A stretch of 62,594 bases of DNA, filler included, from an uncultured Methanoregulaceae archaeon (lineage in GTDB: Archaea; Halobacteriota; Methanomicrobia; Methanomicrobiales; Methanospirillaceae), in assembly GCA_964530035.1 (NCBI GenBank). It is 4 parts of 4 records of this genome, joined end to end, with 100 filler letters (N's around TTAATTAATTAA, not from the genome) between each part and the next. Parts side by side here need not be neighbours in the genome. Positions count along the whole stretch, not along the records: positions 1 to 15,789 come from CAZGXZ010000041.1; positions 15,890 to 31,578 come from CAZGXZ010000042.1; 2 more parts are not named here. One strand, written 5' to 3'. The notes under the pieces were generated by a model, which saw nothing but the letters and a program-made list of their open reading frames with translations, was not told the origin of the DNA and searched no databases. The first letter of the stretch is position 1. Every line of letters starts with the position of its first letter. Positions 8,608 through 19,575 of the stretch are shown here, piece by piece. The translations under genes and the position numbers were made by a program.

Positions 8608-9987
8608 ATGATTATCGAACGGATTATTTCTCAAGGGATTGCACATTTCTCATACTTCGTCGGTTCCGGCAGAACAGCCGCGGTCATAGATCCCAGAAGG
8701 GATGTAGACATCTATCTTGATTATGCTGCCAGATACGGGGTATCGATCACACATATCTTCGAGACTCACCGGAATGAGGACTTTGTGATCGGATCGACGG
8801 AACTTGCCTCCTCAACGTGTGCCAGGATATTCCACGGGCAGAAATTCCCTTTCTCCTATGGTGAACCAGTGGAGGAAGGGGATAGTTTTTCGTTCGGAAC
8901 GGTAACATTGTCGGTCCTTGAAACACCAGGACATACTCTTGAGTCGATATCACTCGTCTTGAAAGATACTGCCGTTTCTGATGTGCCCATCGCGATTTTT
9001 ACAGGAGACGCCGTCTTTGCCGGGGATACGGGTCGCACCGACTTTTACGGAGCTGAAAGGACAGCTGAGTTCTCGGGGATCCTACATGACAGCATCCATT
9101 CGAAGATCCTCCCGCTTGGTGATAATCTCATCCTGTTCCCCGCGCATGGAGCAGGGTCTGTCTGTGGGACAGCGATCACGGACCATCCCTATACCACGGC
9201 AGGGTATGAAAGGCGAACCAGTCCTGACCTTCAGCTGGACCGTCCGGGATTTATATCCCGGAAGACCCGGCAAAAATACCATTATCCCCCATATTTCAGG
9301 AAGATGGAGGAGTATAACCAGCATGGTGCGCCAGTCCTGAAACGGCTTCCTGTCCTTACTGCCTACTCTCCGCAGGAGGTAGCATCCTTTGCGGGGTCCC
9401 CCCAGATCCTCGATATCCGTTCCCCTACCTCTTTTGCTTCGGGGCATATTCCTGGAAGTTTCTCCATCTGGCGGGATGGGGTAGCCACCTTCTCGGGATG
9501 GTTCCTTGATTATGAACACCCCGTCCTGATCGTCGATGAATGGATCCAGTACCCTGACGAAATTCTTCGCGCCCTGATACGGATCGGGTATGACAATGTA
9601 AAAGGATACCTTGCCGGAGGTTTTACCGCCTGGTCCAGGGCAGCGCTGCCGACAGGTATGACAGGCGCATGGTCAGTCGGGCAACTTCACCAACACCTTG
9701 GTGACGAAAATCTCATTGTGCTCGATGTGCGTGATGCTGCAAACAGGCGACGGGTGGGAGCAATCAAGGGTTCCATCCCGATATACGTGGGTGAGCTGCC
9801 TGCAAAGACCGGGCAGCTTCCCCGTGACCAGCACCTGGCCTGTATCTGTGACGCAGGTTTCAAGGGGAGTATAGCAGCGAGCATCCTCGCACGTAAAGGG
9901 TTTTCACACGTGACCAACATCCTTGGCGGGATGACAGCATGGGTTATGGCAGGGTATCCCGTGATATCCCCTGAAGAGGAAAAATAA
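8608..9987 (+). CDS. MBL-fold hydrolase fused to two rhodanese domains
   Basis: VIDPRRD, ETHRNEDF, TPGHT.E, FTGD..F.GD.GRTD, PAHGAGS.CG; rhodanese LDIR..GHIPGS and LDVR..CDAG..GGM.AW. Confidence 0.85.
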   Translation: MIIERIISQGIAHFSYFVGSGRTAAVIDPRRDVDIYLDYAARYGVSITHIFETHRNEDFVIGSTELASSTCARIFHGQKFPFSYGEPVEEGDSFSFGTVTLSVLETPGHTLESISLVLKDTAVSDVPIAIFTGDAVFAGDTGRTDFYGAERTAEFSGILHDSIHSKILPLGDNLILFPAHGAGSVCGTAITDHPYTTAGYERRTSPDLQLDRPGFISRKTRQKYHYPPYFRKMEEYNQHGAPVLKRLPVLTAYSPQEVASFAGSPQILDIRSPTSFASGHIPGSFSIWRDGVATFSGWFLDYEHPVLIVDEWIQYPDEILRALIRIGYDNVKGYLAGGFTAWSRAALPTGMTGAWSVGQLHQHLGDENLIVLDVRDAANRRRVGAIKGSIPIYVGELPAKTGQLPRDQHLACICDAGFKGSIAASILARKGFSHVTNILGGMTAWVMAGYPVISPEEEK

Positions 9988-10076
9988 TCCGTTATAAATA
10001 ATTTTTATTTGAAAACGCCGTGAATAGAAATTAACAACGTTTATTACACACCTCTGGAAATGCAGATGGGACGAGT

Positions 10077-10553
10077 ATGGAGATTGTTAAGATCCCGAAA
10101 ATGGACAAGGTTGAGTACGACCGGTTGATCGAGGAGGGGTATGTTTCACGGATTGCATTTCAGGGTGAAAAATATCCGTATATTGCACCGTTTCTGTATG
10201 TCTTTGATGGCAGGTTTCTCTACTTCCTCTCAACAAAATACGGGAAGAAACTGGAACTATTCAAAAAAAGCCCGTATGTATCAGTGGAAGTAGAGAAATA
10301 CTCGTGTGACATGTCCTGTTACATGTTTGTAACCTTTCAGGGGTACCTCGAGGAAGTCCAGGACTCGATAGAAAAGAAAATGGTCCGCGAATGGTTCGTA
10401 AACCTTATCACATCCCGTCATCTTTCTAAAAATGTCCTTGCCGCCCTCGGACATTCTCCTCAGGACCCGCCGGAAGCGATTGCCCTTGAAGAGCGGTCTA
10501 TCGTATGGAAACTGGTGGGGGTCAAGGACCTTATCGCGCTCAAAAATATGTAA
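10077..10553 (+). CDS. Pyridoxamine 5'-phosphate oxidase-like flavin-binding protein
   Basis: RIAF...YPYIAPFLY, LYFLS..YG.K, P.VSVEVE split-barrel pattern. Confidence 0.75.
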   Translation: MEIVKIPKMDKVEYDRLIEEGYVSRIAFQGEKYPYIAPFLYVFDGRFLYFLSTKYGKKLELFKKSPYVSVEVEKYSCDMSCYMFVTFQGYLEEVQDSIEKKMVREWFVNLITSRHLSKNVLAALGHSPQDPPEAIALEERSIVWKLVGVKDLIALKNM

Positions 10554-10566
10554 AGAATACCGGCAC

Positions 10567-12582
10567 TCATCCATATTCCACATCCAACATCCTGATCAGG
10601 CGTTCAGGACTTTCAACCGGGGTCGTGCAGCCATCCGGAGTGCAGGACACCGCAACGGTCTTTTTTCCATCCGGTCTGTCCTCAAGTTCCACTATTGCGC
10701 CTGGATTCCACACCGTGTGAAAGGCACGAAGGAAAGCCTTCAGTTCTGGAGAGCCGTATCTGCCCTGTATGGTAACGTGAACAGGTACAGCGTCCTGCCT
10801 GAACAGGTTACATAAATAATGGGCACATGCTGCGGGATTTTTATTCGCAAGGGTAAGGATTGCCCTCGTGGTCTGGTCAGCCCTAAAACGGTATTCCTCA
10901 TTTCCTGTAAGATGCCAGAGGAGGAGCAGGTTCTCATGCATGACCGCATTGACAGACGGGATGGCCCCGTCATACACCTCCTTCTGCCGGACGGGTAAAT
11001 CATCAGCGTCCTCAGCGGACAGGTAATACCCGCCACCCAGGGGGTCAGAAAACCGACGGGTGAACTCACGCTCAAGTTGTTCTGCCTCCCGGCGATATCT
11101 ACCATCGAGAGTTGCCTCGTAGAGGTGAAGGAGCCCGTTGATCAGAAACGCATAGTCCGAACCGACGCCCTTAATCCCGGACTCACCCCGCCTGTAACGG
11201 TGCAGGAGCCCGCCCTTCTTGTCTTTTACCTGAGAAATCAGAAAAATAGCTGCATTTTCTGCCATTTCAAGCGATTTGGAGTCGTTCAGGACAGATGAGG
11301 CGCGTGCCAGGGCAGTGATCATCAGGCCGTTCCAGTCAGTCAGTATCTTGTCGTCGAGAAGTGGTGCGGGCCGCCTTTTTCTCGCCTCGAAAAGTCGTTG
11401 CCTGATGTCATCCAGGCAGGGGGGCAGCCCTGCACCATCGAGAGGGGGAATATCGGTAAAAAGGATGAATGAAGCCCCGCCATCAGGTCGACCAGGTGTT
11501 ACCTGTTCCTCACCCAGATGAAAAAAAGCCATTCCCACTGCAGAGTCCTCCGGCCCGAGAACGTTATCAAACTCCTCCGGGCTCCAGAGATAAAAGCGGC
11601 CTTCCTCACCTTCGCTTTCAGAACCCTCTGCAGAGGCAAAGGCCCCTGAAGGATCCTTAAGGGCTGTCGCGACGTACTGGATGCACTCAAGGGCAATCCT
11701 GCGGTAAAACTGTTTTCCGGTAAGCGCGAACGCATCTGTGTACGCCAGGACGAAGAGGGCCTGGTCATACAACATCTTTTCAAAGTGGGGTACGTTCCAC
11801 CTGACATCAGTGGCATAACGGTGGAATCCATACCCCAGGTGGTCGTAAATCCCTCCTGCCGCCATATTAAGGAGTGTTTTCTCCGCCATCATAAGGGCGG
11901 CCGCTGACCTGAACCTCCGGGAATATGCCAGGAGAAACCTGATCGTATGGGGGGATGGGAACTTGGGAGGCCCGGAAAAACCACCGTATAGTGGATCGAA
12001 GGCACGACCAAGTTCCTCAAATCCCTTGTGGAGGAGGTCTGCGGACACTGGTGACTGCCCGGAATGAGTATGCCCTGCTGATGCGACCATCACCTCCCTG
12101 ATCCGTGCTGCGGTTATCACGGCATCCTTTCGGCGCTCCTTCCAGAGGGCACCTATGCTGGCTATCAGGTCTTTGAACCCGGGTTTTCCGAACCGTGGTT
12201 CGTTGGGAAAATATGTCCCGGCAAAGAACGGTTCGCGTCCGGCTGTCATGATGATCGTGAGCGGCCATCCCCCGGTACCGGTCATCATCTGACAGACAGA
12301 CATATAGAAGTGGTCAAGGTCAGGCCGCTCCTCCCGGTCGACCTTAATACAGATGAACGTGTCGTTGAGAAGACGGGCAGTTTCAGGGTTCTCAAAGGAC
12401 TCCCTGGCCATGACATGACACCAGTGGCAGGTCGCATACCCTATTGAAAGAAATACAGGCTTTTCCTCCCTTTTTGCTCGTTCAAATGCCTCATTTCCCC
12501 AAGGGTACCATTCAACAGGGTTCCCCGCGTGCATCACAAGGTACGGACTTTTCTCGCCAAGGAGCCTGTACCCACCTGACAT
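10567..12582 (-). CDS. Thioredoxin-domain protein (YyaL/DUF255/SPATA20 family)
   Basis: [62 protein letters not shown]. Confidence 0.9.
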   Translation of the reverse strand: MSGGYRLLGEKSPYLVMHAGNPVEWYPWGNEAFERAKREEKPVFLSIGYATCHWCHVMARESFENPETARLLNDTFICIKVDREERPDLDHFYMSVCQMMTGTGGWPLTIIMTAGREPFFAGTYFPNEPRFGKPGFKDLIASIGALWKERRKDAVITAARIREVMVASAGHTHSGQSPVSADLLHKGFEELGRAFDPLYGGFSGPPKFPSPHTIRFLLAYSRRFRSAAALMMAEKTLLNMAAGGIYDHLGYGFHRYATDVRWNVPHFEKMLYDQALFVLAYTDAFALTGKQFYRRIALECIQYVATALKDPSGAFASAEGSESEGEEGRFYLWSPEEFDNVLGPEDSAVGMAFFHLGEEQVTPGRPDGGASFILFTDIPPLDGAGLPPCLDDIRQRLFEARKRRPAPLLDDKILTDWNGLMITALARASSVLNDSKSLEMAENAAIFLISQVKDKKGGLLHRYRRGESGIKGVGSDYAFLINGLLHLYEATLDGRYRREAEQLEREFTRRFSDPLGGGYYLSAEDADDLPVRQKEVYDGAIPSVNAVMHENLLLLWHLTGNEEYRFRADQTTRAILTLANKNPAACAHYLCNLFRQDAVPVHVTIQGRYGSPELKAFLRAFHTVWNPGAIVELEDRPDGKKTVAVSCTPDGCTTPVESPERLIRMLDVEYG

Positions 12583-12708
12583 AGGGAAACCTCTCCCTGC
12601 ATATGCTAAAATAGCTCGTTTCAGAGACCTGCGCTTCCATGACCCTGCTGGTTATTCGGGGACTATCGCTATCTCTTTCTGTTTCCGGTGGGATTGTACA
12701 GGGGAACG

Positions 12709-15375
12709 ATGGCGGGAGAACGGAGTGGTGACACAGTTACTACGCCTGCAGGTCTGGCTGGCGAAAAACGTCGTTTATCGCCAGCTATGGAGCAGTATTA
12801 CCGCTTCAGGCGGCAGTACCCCGATGCCATACTCTTCTTCCAGATCGGTGATTTCTACGAGACCTTTGACAGTGATGCCGAGCTCGTTGCGCGTGAACTT
12901 GACCTGACTCTGACATCGCGTTCAAGGAATACGGAGGGCGAGCGGACGCCCCTTGCCGGAGTGCCATACCATGCAGCGACCGGTTACATATCAAAACTGA
13001 TAGAAAAGGGTTACAAGGTAGCCGTCTGTGACCAGGTCGGGGAAGCGGGAAAAGGGAGGCTTGTCCACCGGGAGGTGGTCAGGGTCATTACTCCCGGGAC
13101 GGTCCTCGACGAGGGTATGATACCGTCCCCGGATGCCCGATACCTCATGGCAGGATTCCCGGACAGGGGCCACAGGGAGTGGGGCCTGGCATTTCTCGAT
13201 GTCACGACGGGGGAGTTCCACACCACGAGGGCTCCGATGGACAGCTCAGGTTCAGGTCTTCTATCAGAACTTGCCCGGTTCGGACCTGCTGAATGCCTGT
13301 TTCCATCAGCGGAGATCGAAATGGTCAGGGCAATGTGCAGTGACGGCAGGCGTGTACTATTTCCTTATGACGAAGGATTTACAGGAGAGGTGGCTTTCCA
13401 GGTCCTGCAGGACCATTTCAGGGTCAGCTCGCTTGATGTTTTCGGACTGCAGGAATGCCCGGCCTCAGTTACGGCAGCGGGGGCAGTGCTCTGTTATGCA
13501 AAAAACAACCAGTCCGCATCCCTTGACCATATTACCTCGCTGCAACCGCGTCTCCGTTATGACCACCTCGTCCTTGACGCAACGACTTTGAGGAACCTGG
13601 AGATCATACGAAACATCAGGGGGGGGAGTGAAGGGACTCTCCTCTCCGTCCTGGACAGGACCGTTACATCACCTGGCCGAAGGTTGCTCAGGCGGTGGAT
13701 CATCACCCCTCTGGCAGACCCTGAAGGGATTGTCGCACGTCTTGACGGAGTGGAATTTCTTTACAATAATATGGCTGTTTCCGGGCGGTTGCATTCACTT
13801 CTCAAATCCTGTGCTGATATCGAACGGATAGCAGGGAGGATCGGATACAACAACGCCACGCCCCGGGACCTTATTGCCCTTAAAAAGACCCTCGGGACCG
13901 TTCCTGAAATAAAAGAAGTCATAACGAATGCAGAGAACAAGGGATGCCTCATAGCTGATGCAGAAAAACATCTCCATGAACTGGGCGGGGTTATCTCTTT
14001 AATCGAGAGGGGGATTGCAGATGACCCGCCTCCGTCGGTTAAAAATGGAGGGTTTATCCGCCCCGGGTATTCCGCAGAGCTTGACAGCCTCCGGGAGGTT
14101 ATATCAGGGGGAAAAGACTGGATAGCACGTTTTCAGCAGGCAGAAAGGGAACGGACCGGCATCAGGTCCTTAAAAATCGGATATAACTCGGTATTCGGGT
14201 ATTATATTGAGGTGACCAGGCCGAACCTCCACCTTGTCCCAGATGACTATGAGAGGCGTCAGACCACCTCATCTTCAGAACGGTTCATTACTCAGTCCCT
14301 GAAGGAAAAAGAGGAACTTTTATCGAGCTCAGACGAACGGGTCCTGCGTCTTGAACGGGATCTCTTTGGGGAGATCATCAAGGATATTAGGGTTTATATT
14401 CCCCAGTTCCAGGAAATTGCAGCGGCTATAGCCATGATCGACGTGCTGACGTCCCTTGCGACGGTCGCCATAAAAAACAACTACACCCGTCCTGTGGTCA
14501 GCCCAAATGACAGGATCGTCATCAGGGAAGGACGCCACCCGGTGGTCGAACCTTCCATACCCGGCAGGTTCGTTGCGAATGATACAGACCTTGCCAGTTC
14601 AGGCGACCAGGTCCTCATCATCACCGGGGCGAACATGGCCGGGAAATCAACATACATGAGGAGTGTTGCGCTGACGGTCGTCATGGCCCAGACAGGCTCA
14701 TTTGTGCCTGCGGAGCATGCAGCGATCGGTGTCGCCGACAGGATTTTCACCAGGGTGGGTGCATTCGACGACCTTGCAAGTGGCCAGAGTACGTTCATGG
14801 TCGAGATGACCGAGCTTGCAACCATCCTCCAGAGCGTTACTGAAAGGAGTCTTGTAATACTGGATGAAATCGGGCGGGGTACCAGCACCCTCGACGGTTC
14901 TGCGATTGCAGGGGCTGTTCTCGAATTCCTCCATGGAAAAGGGCCTTCAGGGCCGAAGACGTTGTTTGCAACTCACTTCCATGAACTTGTAGGCATCGAG
15001 AGGGATTTAAAAAGGGTAAGGAATGGCCACTTTGCCGTCCGTGAGACGGGGGGAGATGTAGTATTCCTTCGCAGGCTCATCCCGGGGGCCACCGACAGGA
15101 GCTACGGGATCCACGTGGCAGCCCTTGCCGGAGTCCCACGCAGCGTGATCCGAAGGGCCGAGGAGCTTCTGAAAAAAGGGCTTACCGGGTCAACCACGGG
15201 TCCGGGTCCAAGATGCTATACCCAGTTGCTGCTTGTTACTCCAGAGACAAAGCCTGATACGGTTCACCCCGTTGTCGAACGCCTCTCCCGGATTAACCCG
15301 GACGAAGTGGCACCGCGGGACGCCCTTTCGCTTCTGTACGAGTTACGGGAGATCCTCAAGCGGGGGGAGGGGTGA
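12709..15375 (+). CDS. mutS: DNA mismatch repair protein MutS (MutS1)
   Basis: GDFYE mismatch-binding motif, [48 protein letters not shown]. Confidence 0.97.
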   Translation: MAGERSGDTVTTPAGLAGEKRRLSPAMEQYYRFRRQYPDAILFFQIGDFYETFDSDAELVARELDLTLTSRSRNTEGERTPLAGVPYHAATGYISKLIEKGYKVAVCDQVGEAGKGRLVHREVVRVITPGTVLDEGMIPSPDARYLMAGFPDRGHREWGLAFLDVTTGEFHTTRAPMDSSGSGLLSELARFGPAECLFPSAEIEMVRAMCSDGRRVLFPYDEGFTGEVAFQVLQDHFRVSSLDVFGLQECPASVTAAGAVLCYAKNNQSASLDHITSLQPRLRYDHLVLDATTLRNLEIIRNIRGGSEGTLLSVLDRTVTSPGRRLLRRWIITPLADPEGIVARLDGVEFLYNNMAVSGRLHSLLKSCADIERIAGRIGYNNATPRDLIALKKTLGTVPEIKEVITNAENKGCLIADAEKHLHELGGVISLIERGIADDPPPSVKNGGFIRPGYSAELDSLREVISGGKDWIARFQQAERERTGIRSLKIGYNSVFGYYIEVTRPNLHLVPDDYERRQTTSSSERFITQSLKEKEELLSSSDERVLRLERDLFGEIIKDIRVYIPQFQEIAAAIAMIDVLTSLATVAIKNNYTRPVVSPNDRIVIREGRHPVVEPSIPGRFVANDTDLASSGDQVLIITGANMAGKSTYMRSVALTVVMAQTGSFVPAEHAAIGVADRIFTRVGAFDDLASGQSTFMVEMTELATILQSVTERSLVILDEIGRGTSTLDGSAIAGAVLEFLHGKGPSGPKTLFATHFHELVGIERDLKRVRNGHFAVRETGGDVVFLRRLIPGATDRSYGIHVAALAGVPRSVIRRAEELLKKGLTGSTTGPGPRCYTQLLLVTPETKPDTVHPVVERLSRINPDEVAPRDALSLLYELREILKRGEG

Positions 15376-15789
15376 TGTCCCGGCAGGACACCTCCATCAG
15401 GCTTCTCCCTGACGAAGTTATCCGCAGAATTGCTGCCGGAGAGGTTATCGAACGCCCGGCATCGGTCGTCAAGGAGCTGGTCGAGAATTCGCTTGATGCC
15501 GGGGCCCGCCACGTCCTCATCGAGCTGACGACCTCGCGAGGGGGGATCGGCAGCATTGCTGTGACAGATGACGGCTGCGGTATCCCGGCTGAAGAGCTCC
15601 ACCTTGCAGTCACTCCCCATGCAACGAGCAAGATCCGCGACGATGGCGACCTGCTTGCGGTCAGAAGTCTGGGTTTTCGCGGGGAAGCCCTTGCAAGCAT
15701 CGGTGAAGCGGGTTCCCTGACAATAACAAGCCGCTGCCGCGACCAGCCCTTTGGTGCGGTCCTGAATATCTGCAATGGTGTCACCTCCG
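15375..15789 (+). CDS. mutL: DNA mismatch repair protein MutL, N-terminal part (truncated by contig end)
   Basis: [49 protein letters not shown]. Confidence 0.95.
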
Positions 15790-15889
15790 NNNNNNNNNNN
15801 NNNNNNNNNNNNNNNNNNNNNNNNNNNNNNNNNTTAATTAATTAANNNNNNNNNNNNNNNNNNNNNNNNNNNNNNNNNNNNNNNNNNNN
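15790..15889. other. Artificial contig linker (N-run + TTAATTAATTAA + N-run)
   Basis: 100-nt spacer with a six-frame stop oligo, identical at three places. Confidence 0.97.
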
Positions 15890-16009
15890 CTTCTGGGCAG
15901 GGGCTATGTTGTATCTCGGAATTACTTCAAAAGGGACTTCTGGGATGCCGAACCGTTCGAAGAGGCCGATCGTCACCGACAGAGTAAAACGTCCACACAT
16001 CTGGGATAG
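15890..16009 (+). CDS. Possible 3' end of an unidentified gene (partial)
   Basis: Open frame from the contig edge: LLGRGYVVSRNYFKRDFWDAEPFEEADRHRQSKTSTHLG*; not recognised. Confidence 0.3.
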   Translation, partial: LLGRGYVVSRNYFKRDFWDAEPFEEADRHRQSKTSTHLG

Positions 16010-16227
16010 CACCGTTCAGGGACCCAGGCATCAGCAGGATACCGACAGACCTTTGATCCACCCTGTAATGAAAATAGCTCGCGGCTGGCAAAAAACATGG
16101 GGGAAAAACAGTACGTGCAGGTCAGGCCTGGAAGGCCTTGGTTGTTCAAGCCACCCACATCGGCTAATCCCTTGTCCCTCTCCGTTACACCGGATTCAGC
16201 CCTGCTCCTGACCCCCCTGTGCAGGAG

Positions 16228-16851
16228 TCAGCCGGACCTGCGTCCCCTCCAGGTCATGAGAAACGGGAAGAGGAGTACGATCGCGATAATGATCCAGAAG
16301 TTCCCGAAGAGGTAGAGAATGGTTTCGCGTGCCGGGTCGTAGAACCGTATCTCCACGGACCGGACCTGGTCCCATGCGATGTGGGTCACGTTGCCCTGGA
16401 CGGTCGAGACCCTGCCCCCCTGGGGAGAGATCATCCCGATGAGGGGGTTCCTGATATCAAATTCCGGTGGAAGGGAGATTGTCACATTGTAGGGCCTGGG
16501 AAAGACCTGCTGCATATGGTTGTCGCGGATTGTTCCTGAGTAGGACAGCGTGTAATTTCCTTTCGGAAAGATGATCGTGAAGGGATCGGAACGGTTGAAA
16601 GGGACGGTCCTGTTCTCCTGCGACAGCGTCAGCCCCGTCACCTGAGCGGGAACCCGTTCTCCCAGTACGCCGGTATCATACAGGGAGTACCGATCGACCT
16701 GTTCAAGTTCAACCGTGGCCTGGTAGAGTGTCCCGTTGGGAGCAACCGTAAAGTCTGCAAAAAGCCCGGTGACGGGCCATGCAAGCATCAGAGCTGCAAG
16801 GCAGACAAGAGGGACGAAATATCTGCATCCACGACGACAGGAGGTTCGCAC
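16228..16851 (-). CDS. Secreted, C-terminally anchored hypothetical protein (DUF5803-like)
   Basis: Signal peptide, beta-rich body with V.I.LP..FDIRNPL.G.ISP.GG, C-terminal TM and basic tail; overlaps the thrC end. Confidence 0.65.
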   Translation of the reverse strand: MRTSCRRGCRYFVPLVCLAALMLAWPVTGLFADFTVAPNGTLYQATVELEQVDRYSLYDTGVLGERVPAQVTGLTLSQENRTVPFNRSDPFTIIFPKGNYTLSYSGTIRDNHMQQVFPRPYNVTISLPPEFDIRNPLIGMISPQGGRVSTVQGNVTHIAWDQVRSVEIRFYDPARETILYLFGNFWIIIAIVLLFPFLMTWRGRRSG

Positions 16852-17993
16852 TGGTTAATCACCGTCTCCGGGTCCTTGAGGAGGTGGCCGGTCACGACAC
16901 ATACGATCTTTTCATCCCGGTCAAGAAGGCCCGATTCCGCCATCTTCCTGATCCCGGCTACCGAGGCTGCCGATGCAGGTTCGACCCCTATTCCTTCCTT
17001 GCGGGCAAGGTCACGCTGCATCGAGAGGATCTCGGAATCAGTGACTGAAAGGGCGGTCCCCCCGGTCATACGGATGGCGGTCAGCGCCTTTTCTGCATTG
17101 ACCGGAGCGCCGATCCGGATCGCGGTCGCAACGGTTTCGGGGTTGCCTTCGGGGATGACCTCGGGGAGGCCGTCCTGGATAGCCCTGACCACCGGCTGCG
17201 AGCCGGATGCCTGCACCCCGGTCATCATCGGGAGCCGGTCGATAAAACCAAGGGATTCAAGCTCGCGGAGACCTTTATACACCGCCGAGATGTTCCCGGC
17301 GTTTCCGACGGGGAGGACGATCCGGTCCGGGACCTGGCCGAGCTGGTCTATTGCTTCGAAACCGATGGTCTTCTGCCCCTCGAGCCGGAAGGGGTTGATG
17401 GAGTTGAGGAGGTACAGGCCGTGGCTCAGGCAGAGGTCATGGACCATCTCGAGCGCCCGGTCGAAGTTACCTTTGATAGAGATGACCCTGGCACCGTGCA
17501 TCAGGGCCTGGGCAACCTTGCCAAGTGCGACCTTTCCCGCCGGCAGGAGGACGACGGCCGGGATCCCTGCCCGTGCCGCATACACCGCGAGGCTTGCGGA
17601 CGTGTTGCCGGTACTCGCGCAGGCAACGGTATTTTTCCCGAGCTGGATTGCCATCGAGACCCCGACGGTCATCCCCCTGTCTTTGAACGAGCCCGAAGGG
17701 TTCATCCCCTCGTGTTTAGCGTACAGGCCGGGAATCCCGATCTCCTTCCCGATCTTTTCAAGGTGATAGAGCGGGGTGCCCCCTTCCTGGAGCGTGACCG
17801 GTGGGATCCTGACTGGCAGGAGCTCCCTGTACCGCCATACCGACAACGGCCGGCTGTCCCAGGCCTTCCTGTCTATTGATATTTCATCGAGGGGGTAGCG
17901 GACGGCAAGGAGGTGCCCGCAACTGCGGCAGTTGTATATGATCTCATCAGGTGGATATACGGCTCCGCAGTGAACGCAGACGAGATCGTACAT
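16788..17993 (-). CDS. thrC: Threonine synthase
   Basis: N-terminal Zn-ribbon CxxC, EGGTPL, NPSGSFKDRG, CASTGNTSAS, NSINPFRLEGQKT, EPASA. Confidence 0.95.
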   Translation of the reverse strand: MYDLVCVHCGAVYPPDEIIYNCRSCGHLLAVRYPLDEISIDRKAWDSRPLSVWRYRELLPVRIPPVTLQEGGTPLYHLEKIGKEIGIPGLYAKHEGMNPSGSFKDRGMTVGVSMAIQLGKNTVACASTGNTSASLAVYAARAGIPAVVLLPAGKVALGKVAQALMHGARVISIKGNFDRALEMVHDLCLSHGLYLLNSINPFRLEGQKTIGFEAIDQLGQVPDRIVLPVGNAGNISAVYKGLRELESLGFIDRLPMMTGVQASGSQPVVRAIQDGLPEVIPEGNPETVATAIRIGAPVNAEKALTAIRMTGGTALSVTDSEILSMQRDLARKEGIGVEPASAASVAGIRKMAESGLLDRDEKIVCVVTGHLLKDPETVINQCEPPVVVDADISSLLSALQL

Positions 17994-18064
17994 GGGAACA
18001 GTATGCGCTTTCCCATGACTTGATAAGCACGGTTTTCCGGGAGGCGGCCATCATGAGCCGGCGG

Positions 18065-18856
18065 TCATAAGGTTCCACGGATCCGGGCATAACAATCATC
18101 TCTCCGGTCACCCCTGATAAAAAAAGCCTTCCTGGCCGCCTGAACGCAGTCATGGAGCAGGTCTGCACAGACTAGCTCCTCGCCGTCACCAGCGCCGGCC
18201 ACGACCTCCCCCGCAGGCCCTGCGCACAGGGAGCCCCCGCTATACATGTCTACCGGGGTCTTCCCGGTCGTGTTGACCCCGAACACGTAGATCTGCTGTT
18301 CGCAGGCCCTGGCCCGGACAAACAGCGTGAAATGTCCGAGCCGTTCCGCTGGCCATGCAGACGGCACGATCACCGCATCGGCTCCTGCGTCCCGGTACAG
18401 GCTGAAGAGCTCGGGAAAACGGAGGTCGTAGCATATTGCAACACCGAGGACAAGGTCCCCCACCCGGAAGAGTGCGATGTCATCCCCGGGAGCATACCAA
18501 CGGTCCTCACCGGCAGGAGAAAACGGGTGGACCTTGGCATACTTCGTTTCAAGCGTCCCGTCCGGCCTGTATACCAGGCAGGTATTCATAAGAAGCCCGG
18601 CGTTACGCTCCCGGACCGAACCGATGACCCATATCCCGTGCTCCCGGGCCATGGCCGAATAGCCCCGTGATACCGGCCCTCCCGTCTCCTCAGCATGCTC
18701 CGTCGAGCAAGGGTCCCACCCCGTTGCATACTGCTCGGGAAAACAGACCATCTCGGCACCACCGGTAACGGCTGATTGGACGAATTTTTCTGCCTTTAAA
18801 AGGCTTTTCTCAGGATTCTCCCATACGGGACCGAGCTGGGCGCCGCAGGTGATCAT
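18065..18856 (-). CDS. Carbon-nitrogen hydrolase (nitrilase superfamily)
   Basis: Catalytic triad motifs FPE, YAKVHPF, ICYDLRFPE. Confidence 0.9.
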   Translation of the reverse strand: MITCGAQLGPVWENPEKSLLKAEKFVQSAVTGGAEMVCFPEQYATGWDPCSTEHAEETGGPVSRGYSAMAREHGIWVIGSVRERNAGLLMNTCLVYRPDGTLETKYAKVHPFSPAGEDRWYAPGDDIALFRVGDLVLGVAICYDLRFPELFSLYRDAGADAVIVPSAWPAERLGHFTLFVRARACEQQIYVFGVNTTGKTPVDMYSGGSLCAGPAGEVVAGAGDGEELVCADLLHDCVQAARKAFFIRGDRRDDCYARIRGTL

Positions 18857-19488
18857 GACACCCCCCCCGGCACTGCCCCGCCGCCGTTCCGGAGCCTGCG
18901 CAGGGCGGATGCAAGGAATTCGCGACAGCCGGTATTGAGGGGCTCCCCGTGGCCGAAGTAAATGGTACGGATATCACGGATGACCATCTCCTCGAGGGAC
19001 GCGACCAGTCGCCGCCGTGCGTTCTCCTCAAGGGTATCAGGTCCGAAAAGGGGTGCATCACCGACAAAAAGGACGCCGCCTTCTTCGCAGTAGAACGAGA
19101 CAGAGTCATCGCTGTGTCCTGGTGTTGCAAGGACCTCGGCCATCACGTCACCAATCTTGAGAAGGTCGCCCTGTTTGAGAGGATTACCGCCGGAAGAGGC
19201 CGCGGGGTCTGCCGCGAGGATCCTCGGTGAAAAAGCCTCCCTGATCGCAGGTATCAGCGCGGCGTGGTCATAGTGGGAATGGGTGAGCAGGACAAGGTCC
19301 ACGGGGTACCGCCGTCCCGGGTCGCGGTTCCTGATCATGTCCAGCACCAAAGGGTCACGGCCGGGGTCAATGAGTGTTATCACGTCATCTGACGCGTTCC
19401 AGTCCCCGGTGACGAGATAACTGTTTGCCGTGTAGAGCGTGCTTGACCGGCTGAGGTTTGCGACCTGCATAGGGCTCTCCGGATACAT
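18853..19488 (-). CDS. MBL-fold metallo-hydrolase
   Basis: THSHYDH, TPGHSDDS, LFVGD, YFGHG; stop overlaps the nitrilase start. Confidence 0.85.
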   Translation of the reverse strand: MYPESPMQVANLSRSSTLYTANSYLVTGDWNASDDVITLIDPGRDPLVLDMIRNRDPGRRYPVDLVLLTHSHYDHAALIPAIREAFSPRILAADPAASSGGNPLKQGDLLKIGDVMAEVLATPGHSDDSVSFYCEEGGVLFVGDAPLFGPDTLEENARRRLVASLEEMVIRDIRTIYFGHGEPLNTGCREFLASALRRLRNGGGAVPGGVS

Positions 19489-19575
19489 TCCAGGAATTTC
19501 CCCCTGTTGTACCCGTACAGTTTTCGTTGGGATCCGGAGGCTCTTTATGATTTGGACGTGGCGCTCTCAATTTTT

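Noticed and set aside
15375..15789. mutL (also rps10, the ABC ATPase and the ccdA-like gene) as pseudogenes
   Set aside because: The truncations coincide with contig ends, not with internal stops or frameshifts
15834..15845. TTAATTAATTAA repeated three times in the window as a possible biological repeat
   Set aside because: Always centred in a 100-nt N spacer; it is an artificial six-frame-stop linker
15906..16211. 101-aa ORF, or an SRP/RNase P RNA, in the gene-poor stretch after the first linker
   Set aside because: The ORF has no recognisable motif or typical composition. CAGGCCTGGAAGG resembles SRP helix 8 but the following AGCAG is missing, and there is no RNase P GAGGAAAGUCC-type motif
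16876..17766. Long antisense ORFs (also 20373..21197, 42449..43309, 57980..58807 and others)
   Set aside because: Shadow frames opposite well-supported genes in GC-rich DNA
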